From positions 2,478-66,477 of the forward strand of contig JAZRUV010000013.1 of NCBI GenBank assembly GCA_045652705.1: a DNA stretch of 64,000 bases, given 5' to 3'. Within the stretch, counting starts at the first letter, position 1. Every line of letters starts with the position of its first letter. A program made the position numbers and the translations under genes. The notes under the pieces were generated by a model that was given only the letters and a program-made list of their open reading frames with translations, searched no databases and was not told the origin of the DNA. Positions 5,884 through 13,083 of the stretch are shown here, piece after piece. The DNA comes from Clostridia bacterium. Its GTDB lineage: Bacteria; Bacillota; Clostridia; TANB77; CAG-465.

Positions 5884-8171
5884 GACAAGGTTATGATAAC
5901 CTAAGAAAACACGGTGGAAAAACATTTTCTACAATGCTTATAATTTGTGCAACAATGATAGTTTTAGGCTTGTTCATAATATTATTTATGAACATTGAAA
6001 GTAATGTTAAATCTGTTACACAAAACCAAGGGCTACAAGCATTCATATCTGATGAAATAGCAGATAGTGAAATAGAAGAACTAGCCGCTACATTAAGCGG
6101 AATATCTAATGTTAAAGATATTAAGTACATAGATAAAGATGCAGCTTTAGAGGACGCAAAAGACACCTTGAAAGATTATGCATATCTTTTAGAGGGTATG
6201 GAGGATACAAATCCATTTCCACGTTCTTTCATAATAACATTTGCAAATCTTGAAAATACTGAAAGTGTAAAAGCTGCTATTGAATCAGTTGATGGAATAT
6301 ATAAAGTTGGGTATAACGAAAAAATAATAAACGGGGTAATTCAAATTTCTCAAATAGTAAATTATATCATTATTGGGCTTGGTCTTGTTATGATGGTTAT
6401 CTCCATATTTATAATTTCAAACACAATAAAACTAGCGGTATATTCAAATAAAAGAGAAATATATATTATGAAATATATGGGTGCGACTTCGTGGTTTATA
6501 AAATATCCATTCATTGTTGAAGGAATTTTAATGGGGCTTGCATCAGCAATAATTTCATGGATAGTAGTGTCTTTATCATATTCTGCAGCTTACATATATT
6601 TACCTAAGGTTGGGGCAGAACTTGGAGTATTTGGATTTATTGGATATTCTTCGATGTGGCACATAATACTTATAGCTTTCTTGGCATTAGGAATATTCCT
6701 AGGTGGAATGGGAAGTAGTTTTGCTACAAGAAGATATTTAAAAGAATTTAGACCAATAAAAATAACTTCAAAGAAAAAAGCAAGAAGTGGTAAGCAAGAT
6801 GAGAGTTCAAAAGACCAAGAAAAAAGGGACAAGAAAAGAGAAAAAGAAGAAATAAAATTAAAAAGAGAAAATCTAAAAAGAGAAGAGAAAGAAAAACAAG
6901 AACAAGAAAAGAAATCTAAACAAGAATTTGAAAGAAAAAGAAAAGCAAGAAGATTATCTGTAATACTGCTAGTTCTTGTAATGTCAGCACCATTTACAAA
7001 AATACTATACGCTGAATCAACTCAAGATAAAATTGATCATATAGATAAAGAAACATCTGCGGCTGCAAAAAAGTATGAGCAAGTACAGGCGGATATTAAA
7101 GTATATGAGGCAGATATAAAAGAGCTTGATGTTGAAGTAGAAAAATACACTGAGGAAGTAAATGCATTAAGTGGTAAAGTAGAAAGTGCAAAAGCAGAAG
7201 TAGAAAAAATAACAGAACAATTACAAGATGTATCTGCACATTATGAATCTACGGAACAATTACTTAATACAAGACTTAGAGTGTTATATGAAAATGGCTT
7301 TGTAAACATGTGGGAAGTTCTTCTTTCTGCAGAAAGCATAACAGACTTTTTAGCTAAATATAATGTACTTGCAACATTAATTGAAAACGATAAGAAAAAC
7401 CTTGAAGAAATGAATGACCAAAAAAGATATATTCAAGGATTAAGAGAATCTGCAGATTTAAAAAGACTGCAAATAGAACAAGCAGAATATGATGTGCAAA
7501 AATCTAAACAAGCATTAGAAGCTGCAGTTGCAAACAAAACAAGCAAGTTAAATCAATTAGAAACATCTAAAACAGAGCTTAAAACACTATTGGCTAACTT
7601 AAAAAAGGAAAGAGAAAAACAAGAAAAAATACTTGCGGCAGAAATTGCAGCAGCTCAAGGCTCAAATATTAAATTTTCAGGTGAGTTTACTTGGCCTACA
7701 CCTGGTGTATATTACGTAACAGCGATGTTTAGGGATAAAGAGTATTATAACTGGTCAGGAAGTGTCCATAAAGGAACAGATATAGCTAAAAGTGGTGGAT
7801 GTAATATAGTTGCTGCTCAAACTGGTAAGGTAATTGTAGCATCTGGTAATGGTGCATACAATGGTGGCTATGGAAACTATGTTGTAATAGACCATGGTAA
7901 AAAAGATGGTGTAAGCTATACAACAGTATATGCTCATATGAAATCTGTATCTGTTAAGAAAGGCGATACGGTTGTAAAAGGCCAAAAGATAGGATATATG
8001 GGTTCTACTGGTTGGTCTACAGGAACGCACTTACATTTCGAAATAAGAAGAAACAATGTTCAAATAAATGCAATGCAATATTTCCCGGAACTAAAAGGAA
8101 CTGCTACATATCTTTCATATAATAGATGGATAGCATATCCATTCGGAAATGAAGCTAAATACCAGATATAA
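5859..8171 (+). CDS. ftsX: FtsX permease fused in frame to a coiled-coil + M23/LytM peptidase (EnvC/PcsB-like) module
   Basis: aa 1-298: FtsX topology (TM1, extracellular domain, TM2-4, ending in a typical ..ATRRYLKEF). aa 299-365: K/E-rich linker. aa 366-385: fifth TM. aa 386-600: coiled coil with the RVLYENG..LLSAESITDFL motif. aa 605-770: M23 domain with HKGTDIA and HLHFEIR. Confidence 0.85.
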   Translation: MSTRTYLIGQGYDNLRKHGGKTFSTMLIICATMIVLGLFIILFMNIESNVKSVTQNQGLQAFISDEIADSEIEELAATLSGISNVKDIKYIDKDAALEDAKDTLKDYAYLLEGMEDTNPFPRSFIITFANLENTESVKAAIESVDGIYKVGYNEKIINGVIQISQIVNYIIIGLGLVMMVISIFIISNTIKLAVYSNKREIYIMKYMGATSWFIKYPFIVEGILMGLASAIISWIVVSLSYSAAYIYLPKVGAELGVFGFIGYSSMWHIILIAFLALGIFLGGMGSSFATRRYLKEFRPIKITSKKKARSGKQDESSKDQEKRDKKREKEEIKLKRENLKREEKEKQEQEKKSKQEFERKRKARRLSVILLVLVMSAPFTKILYAESTQDKIDHIDKETSAAAKKYEQVQADIKVYEADIKELDVEVEKYTEEVNALSGKVESAKAEVEKITEQLQDVSAHYESTEQLLNTRLRVLYENGFVNMWEVLLSAESITDFLAKYNVLATLIENDKKNLEEMNDQKRYIQGLRESADLKRLQIEQAEYDVQKSKQALEAAVANKTSKLNQLETSKTELKTLLANLKKEREKQEKILAAEIAAAQGSNIKFSGEFTWPTPGVYYVTAMFRDKEYYNWSGSVHKGTDIAKSGGCNIVAAQTGKVIVASGNGAYNGGYGNYVVIDHGKKDGVSYTTVYAHMKSVSVKKGDTVVKGQKIGYMGSTGWSTGTHLHFEIRRNNVQINAMQYFPELKGTATYLSYNRWIAYPFGNEAKYQI

Positions 8172-8181
8172 TAAATTAAAT

Positions 8182-8217
8182 CACCAAGTTAAACGAGAGT
8201 TAATTTGGTGGTTTTTT
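8182..8217 (+). terminator. rho-independent terminator
   Basis: CACCAAGTTAA-acgagag-TTAATTTGGTG stem (1 mismatch) followed by a T-run. Confidence 0.7.
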
Positions 8218-8327
8218 GAAACATTATTAGTAATAAATTAAAATATAAGAGAAATACTAGGTAAGTAATTGAAATAACAAAAAGTTTATGATATATAATA
8301 TGTAACGAGTGTTTTTTGAGGTGAAAA

Positions 8328-9899
8328 ATGGAAAGAATATTTGATAGAGATGGTTTTGACCAATATGGTAGAGATAAAGACGGATATAACAGACAAGGAT
8401 TTCATTTCGGTGGAATACACAAAATAACAGGTACTAAATATGATCCCGAAGGCTATAACGCGGAAGGTTATGATAGCAGAGATTTTGATAGGAACGGAAT
8501 AAATAAATATACGGGTGAGAAGTATAATAGACAGGGTAGAGATAAAGATGGATATGATCAAGAAGGCTATGATACTAGGAGCTTTGATAGGAACGGAATA
8601 AACAAATATACAGGCGAAAAGTATAATAGACAAGGTATAGACAAAGATGGATACGATGAAGAAGGCTACGACGGAAAGGGTTTTGATAGAAATGGAATAC
8701 ACAAAATGACCGGAACTATTTATGATCCTAGAGGATATGATAGAGAGGGTTACAATAGCGAGGGATTTGACAGAAACAATTATAATAGGGAAGGTGTTCG
8801 CAGGTGGGATATTGGACGTTATGATGAGAGGGGATTTGATGAAAACGGTTACCACGAGAAGACGGGAACGTTGTATGATCCCAAAGGTTTCGCTAAAGAC
8901 GGATTTAATAAACAGGGCTTGGATAGAGAAGGCTATGGTAGAGATGGATATAATAGCCAAGGTTATGATAAAAGAGGGGCAGATAAATACGGTTATACAG
9001 CAAGAGGTTTACACATAGAAGGCTATGATGAAAATGGCTATGATGTAAACGGCTATGATAGAAATGGAAATGATAGAAACGGGATAAATAGAATTACAGG
9101 ACAGGTAGACAAAAGAATACAACTAGCCAAAAAAATTGTAGAAGAAGATTTAACAATCGAACAGTTTTCAAAAAAGTATTCATTACCTATGGAGCAAGTT
9201 AAATCTGCAATTAATGCTATTAGGGAAACTCCTTGTATAAAACAACAATTAGATGAAGTATTGGCAAAACATTCAAACGAGTATATGGGTGCTTTGCGTC
9301 TAACAGCTAATGAAATATTGGCTGGAAGAATAAAGATAACTGAAGTAAAGAATGTATCGACTATTATTGGAATATGTTCTGAAAGAGATAGAGAAAAACT
9401 AACTAGTATGCTAATGTCTGCTATCACATCACACGAGATAGGAATAATGCAATATGCTAGAATGTTTGGTGAAGGAGTTGAATATACTAGATTGCCTAAG
9501 CATATGGTAGAAGTTTTAAGCGAAATGAAAAAAACAGCAGGACCGAGGGCTAGAGAAATATATAAAGAGATAGACAGGGTAAAAGCTTATCAACAACCAT
9601 ATCGCTCTATTGATGGAGAACGAATGGGATATTTGGCAAAGCCAACAGATAAAACACCAACTATGGTAGATATAACAGATACAGAAAGAGATTTGGCAAG
9701 AGATTACCTAAAAGCTTCCGGAGAATATATATGTAATAAAACAATGCAAGCCACTTTAATGAAGGTTATAAAAGGAGAAATAGATGAAGCAAAAATAGAA
9801 AGAATAAGAAAAGAAACAACATTAAGAGAATTGCAACAACAAGATAAAGAACTAGATATTCAATTAGAACAAACAGGACAAGTTGTGGGAAGCGAATAA
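8328..9899 (+). CDS. cytoplasmic repeat protein: N-terminal [DN]xxG[YF] five-residue repeat array (about 260 aa) plus a helical C-terminal half
   Basis: DRDGF DQYGR DKDGY NRQGF ... EGYDE NGYDV NGYDR NGNDR NGI. No signal peptide or TM. RBS GAGGTGAAAA. No family recognised. Confidence 0.75.
   Translation: MERIFDRDGFDQYGRDKDGYNRQGFHFGGIHKITGTKYDPEGYNAEGYDSRDFDRNGINKYTGEKYNRQGRDKDGYDQEGYDTRSFDRNGINKYTGEKYNRQGIDKDGYDEEGYDGKGFDRNGIHKMTGTIYDPRGYDREGYNSEGFDRNNYNREGVRRWDIGRYDERGFDENGYHEKTGTLYDPKGFAKDGFNKQGLDREGYGRDGYNSQGYDKRGADKYGYTARGLHIEGYDENGYDVNGYDRNGNDRNGINRITGQVDKRIQLAKKIVEEDLTIEQFSKKYSLPMEQVKSAINAIRETPCIKQQLDEVLAKHSNEYMGALRLTANEILAGRIKITEVKNVSTIIGICSERDREKLTSMLMSAITSHEIGIMQYARMFGEGVEYTRLPKHMVEVLSEMKKTAGPRAREIYKEIDRVKAYQQPYRSIDGERMGYLAKPTDKTPTMVDITDTERDLARDYLKASGEYICNKTMQATLMKVIKGEIDEAKIERIRKETTLRELQQQDKELDIQLEQTGQVVGSE
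8484..8780 (+). repeat. three tandem 99-bp (33-codon) units inside the repeat gene
   Basis: TTTGATAGGAACGG at 8484 and again at 8583; TTTGATAGAAATGG at 8682. Each unit encodes FDRNGINKYTGEKYNRQGxDKDGYDxEGYDxxx. The third unit is more diverged. Confidence 0.85.
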
Positions 9900-9913
9900 A
9901 AGGAGAAAAAATA

Positions 9914-10276
9914 ATGAGCGATAATTTACCTAAGATAAAAAATGAAGGAATATTAGAAAAAATTAAAAATGTTTTTTATAAACTTTTTGTTGGCAAGAAG
10001 TCACAAACTGAAAGTGTAAAGACAGAAGTAAATAACCACGAAAAAGATAGCATTAGATCTGATAAAACAGATTTACTTTCTAATTTGCAAAATCAAATTG
10101 AAAATGAAGTGGTAAGCGATAATGAATTACTTATTACTTTACAAAGAAAAATAAAAAACAATGAAATTCAAATATCTGAATTAACAGACGAAGAATTAGA
10201 CGGACTAATTGAATTATATGAAACGCAGATTGCAAATAAAGAGAAGAATCTACAAAGTAACAATGCGGAAAATTAG
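9914..10276 (+). CDS. hypothetical protein, 120 aa, predicted helical/coiled-coil
   Basis: AAGGAGAAAAAATA RBS, 14 nt after the upstream stop, so probably co-transcribed with 8328-9899. Confidence 0.55.
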   Translation: MSDNLPKIKNEGILEKIKNVFYKLFVGKKSQTESVKTEVNNHEKDSIRSDKTDLLSNLQNQIENEVVSDNELLITLQRKIKNNEIQISELTDEELDGLIELYETQIANKEKNLQSNNAEN

Positions 10277-10316
10277 TATAAAAATTAAAATATTTTTGCA
10301 AATAATTATTTAAACT

Positions 10317-10358
10317 GAAATACGATATAGAATGCATATATTCTATATCGTATTTTTT
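10317..10358 (+). terminator. strong rho-independent terminator
   Basis: 15-bp perfect stem AATACGATATAGAAT / ATTCTATATCGTATT, 6-nt loop, T6 tail. Confidence 0.85.
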
Positions 10359-10408
10359 GAAAGATTGAAATTCCAACACTTTTGTCGATTTCTGTCGCAC
10401 GATTTTTC

Positions 10409-10437
10409 TTGACAAGGCACATATCCCGTGTTAAATT
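10409..10437 (+). promoter_or_regulatory. sigmaA-type promoter of the Tad-like module
   Basis: TTGACA at 10409-10414, 17-nt spacer with TG at 10429-10430, TAAATT at 10432-10437. Confidence 0.5.
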
Positions 10438-11273
10438 ATTGTCAAAGGGAGGTGGCTTATATCTATGTCATAATATTTATAGCTCTAAGCATATTAATAT
10501 ATAATTTAATTTCGTATTATAAAATTAAACAAAAACAAAAAGCAATTTTAAAATCTAATAATATTTATTTATCTAAACGCAAAAAGAACTTTGTAAGTTC
10601 GTATATAAACAAAATTGAATCTAAATTATTTAATCTGGGTTATCCATATAAATTAAGTACAAAAAAATATATTGTATTCAAATACGTTTTACCTATAGTT
10701 ATTTTTATCATAGGAGTTTTAAATTATAAAAGCATAAAAGTCTCATTAATATTATTTTTAATATCTTTTTTCACACCAAACTATTTGTTATATAGTTATA
10801 CAAAAGATGAAAACAACATCCTAATAAATGAAATAAAAAATATTACTAATAGCATAGTATTAAGTTTATCTGCCTATGGCACTTTAGAATATGCGTTAAA
10901 CATTGCAAAAGGAACACTAACACATCCAAGATTTATTCTTGCATGGGATAAATTTATTTACGAGTATAAAATGTATGGCTACAATATTAAACAAGCATCA
11001 ATAAATTTAGAAAAGAAATTCAAATCATATGAATTATCCTTGTTTTTAAGCACATTAATACAAGGAGATGCAGAAGGTAATTTGTTAGAAAATTTAGAAA
11101 AGTTTGCTGAAACGTTGGAATTAAATTATTTTAAATATTTAAAGAAAAAGAGCGCAGAAAGATTAATGTATGTAACGCTAGGAACAGTAATATCCTTAGT
11201 AGATATAGTATTAGTGGTTATGTACCCAATATTTAAGCAGGTTATAGATAACTTGCAAGTTATATTTTCATAA
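10428..11273 (+). CDS. TadB/TadC-like pilus platform protein (T2SS-F/GspF-like domain); true start uncertain
   Basis: N-terminal TM, a cytoplasmic helical domain (..LSLSAYGTLEYALNIAKG...LSTLIQGDAEGNLLENLEKFAETL..) and C-terminal TMs, as in TadB/TadC. The track start (GTG at 10428) lies inside the promoter. See the start-codon finding. Confidence 0.55.
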   Translation: MLNYCQREVAYIYVIIFIALSILIYNLISYYKIKQKQKAILKSNNIYLSKRKKNFVSSYINKIESKLFNLGYPYKLSTKKYIVFKYVLPIVIFIIGVLNYKSIKVSLILFLISFFTPNYLLYSYTKDENNILINEIKNITNSIVLSLSAYGTLEYALNIAKGTLTHPRFILAWDKFIYEYKMYGYNIKQASINLEKKFKSYELSLFLSTLIQGDAEGNLLENLEKFAETLELNYFKYLKKKSAERLMYVTLGTVISLVDIVLVVMYPIFKQVIDNLQVIFS

Positions 11274-11300
11274 ATGAAGAATAAAAGGAGGAGTATAAAA

Positions 11301-11519
11301 ATGAAAATAAAAGCACTAATAAAATCTAAAATAAAAGGAAAGGAATTAATAAATAAAATGCAAGAAAAACGTGGCTCAGAACTGGCACAAACTATACTTA
11401 TTACAGCTATTATGGTGGTAGTAATAGTTACACTGTTCTTTCCACAAATACAAGGAATTTTCTCTACAAGTATGTCAAAACTTTCGGGTTGGTTTGATAC
11501 TGTGCTTAATAGTATTTAG
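11301..11519 (+). CDS. Flp-like pilin candidate (class III-type signal peptide)
   Basis: 72 aa. Basic leader ending ..QEKRG, then SELAQTILITAIMVVVIVTLFF. AAAGGAGGAG RBS before ATG at 11301. Located between the tadC-like and cpaB-like genes. Confidence 0.5.
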   Translation: MKIKALIKSKIKGKELINKMQEKRGSELAQTILITAIMVVVIVTLFFPQIQGIFSTSMSKLSGWFDTVLNSI

Positions 11520-11527
11520 GAGAGAAT

Positions 11528-12196
11528 ATGGATAAAACAAAAAAGATAATAATATCTCTTAGTATCTCTTTAATAGTTTTGCTTATTCTAAACTACTTTA
11601 TAATATCTTCAACAAATAGTAAATATATTGAAGTTCCAGTCTTTAAAGAATCTATGCTTAAAGGAAAGAAGATACAAGATAAAGATTTGACAACTATTCA
11701 AATTAAAAAGTCAAAAGAAAATGAAGTGTTGCTGCAAAGCGTGAATACAAATGGTAATGATGCTATAGGCAAGATATTAAATGTGGATGTAGAACAAGGT
11801 GAATTGGTAATGAATTCAAAGGTGGCAAATGAAAATGAACTACTAGAGAAAGACGTAAATTACAGTTATATCTCAATACCAATAAGCAATTTAAGCTATC
11901 CAACTTGTTCAAATCTCAGAAAGGGTGACAAGGTGTCAGTATATTATACTGCAAAAACAAAAGATGTATCTAATGCAATAAAGGATAAGCAAAGACTATA
12001 TAGCACCAATGAGGGCGCTGGACTAGTAACGTGTTTACTGTTTGAAACAGTAGAAGTCATATCTGTTCACGATAGTACCGGAAAAGAAACAAAAGATAGC
12101 ATAGTAACAGATATTTTAGTAAGACTTAATAAAGAGGATGCAATTTTAGTTGCAAATCTAAAATCTCAAGGTACTTTCGATATAGTATTAAATTAA
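11528..12196 (+). CDS. CpaB/RcpC-like Flp pilus assembly protein (SAF domain)
   Basis: N-terminal TM, then a SAF-like segment (YIEVPVFKESMLKGKKIQDKDL..IGKILNVDVEQGELVMNSKV). The C-terminal part (KGDKVSVYY...VEVISVHD...ILVRLNKEDAILVANLKSQGTFDIVL) follows the CpaB pattern. Confidence 0.6.
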   Translation: MDKTKKIIISLSISLIVLLILNYFIISSTNSKYIEVPVFKESMLKGKKIQDKDLTTIQIKKSKENEVLLQSVNTNGNDAIGKILNVDVEQGELVMNSKVANENELLEKDVNYSYISIPISNLSYPTCSNLRKGDKVSVYYTAKTKDVSNAIKDKQRLYSTNEGAGLVTCLLFETVEVISVHDSTGKETKDSIVTDILVRLNKEDAILVANLKSQGTFDIVLN

Positions 12197-12201
12197 AGAA
12201 G

Positions 12202-12552
12202 GTGGATAATGTGGATATAAAAATAATTGTAGACAAGCAAAGTGAATTAAGAATGAATGACGCGGCAGACAGGTTAATGCAGTGCTGTAAAAACAACGGA
12301 ATAAAAACATATAACAAAGATATAACAGTAGTATTCTCAAATGACCATAACTTTGTAAAAGACACGGTAGTAAGACTTCCTAAAAATGTGGTTGTAGTAA
12401 ATGTTACAGAAAACCTATCTGAACAGCATATAATAAACACTTTAAAACACGTATCTGACATATGTTATCTTAAAACGGATGTAAATGTAATAGCAACTAG
12501 AATAATAAACGCATATAACAGGAATATGAGTAAGGTGAGACACGGAGTATGA
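12202..12552 (+). CDS. hypothetical 116-aa protein, possible stand-alone receiver-like (beta-alpha)5 domain
   Basis: GTG start after AAGAAGG. Alternating hydrophobic strands IKIIVD / ITVVFSND / VVVVNVTE / ICYLKTD separated by helical segments. It occupies the position where TadZ sits in Tad loci. Confidence 0.45.
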   Translation: MDNVDIKIIVDKQSELRMNDAADRLMQCCKNNGIKTYNKDITVVFSNDHNFVKDTVVRLPKNVVVVNVTENLSEQHIINTLKHVSDICYLKTDVNVIATRIINAYNRNMSKVRHGV

Positions 12553-13082
12553 AAACAAATATGAAGAAAATAGTTATAGCGCTAGTGATTATAATAGCAG
12601 TAGTTTTAATAACAGTATTTATACCAAAATTGAGAAGTAAAGATAATAACGAGAAACAAGAAGTGTATTCAAATTCATTTCAAATAACAGATTTTAGCAT
12701 TGAAAATAGGACGGTTTTAAAGAAAGATAATGCGATATATGTCGGTAATAACATAAAGGAATTGGAGAATAACTTTTGTGATATTAAAATACAAAATGTA
12801 GAGGATGGAGTGGTTATAGATTTAAACAAACTTTGGTATGAAACGTATGGCAATGACTATATTGAGGATAATTATTTAGCTCAAATTTGTAGAGAATTAA
12901 CATATAGGCTAAATGTTAAAGGAGACTCAGAACAAATAGAATATGCTGTGTATAAATATATAAAAGATAACTATATTAAGGTGCGTGAAGGCGCAACAGT
13001 AGAAAATGTTTTAACAGATGAAATTAATATGAAATTGGTGTTAGAGGAACAAATTGTAAAATTAATAATAAGGGGTAGTTAG
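12549..13082 (+). CDS. membrane-anchored hypothetical protein, 177 aa
   Basis: Signal-anchor KKIVIALVIIIAVVLITVFIP. 4-nt overlap with the upstream gene. Confidence 0.55.
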   Translation: MKTNMKKIVIALVIIIAVVLITVFIPKLRSKDNNEKQEVYSNSFQITDFSIENRTVLKKDNAIYVGNNIKELENNFCDIKIQNVEDGVVIDLNKLWYETYGNDYIEDNYLAQICRELTYRLNVKGDSEQIEYAVYKYIKDNYIKVREGATVENVLTDEINMKLVLEEQIVKLIIRGS

Positions 13083-13083
13083 T

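Noticed and set aside
6753-6953. The K/E-rich low-complexity stretch in ftsX as a hidden gene boundary, or as a DNA tandem repeat of independent interest.
   Set aside because: There is no in-frame stop and no internal RBS/start context before the fifth TM. At the DNA level it is purine-rich codon bias without a clean repeat unit. It is reported as a linker within the fusion finding, with a resequencing caveat.
8286-8960. 224-aa ORF antisense to the [DN]xxG[YF] repeat gene.
   Set aside because: It is the reverse-complement shadow of the periodic repeat and yields low-complexity Ile/Ser/Phe text. It has no RBS and overlaps entirely a gene with strong periodic coding structure.
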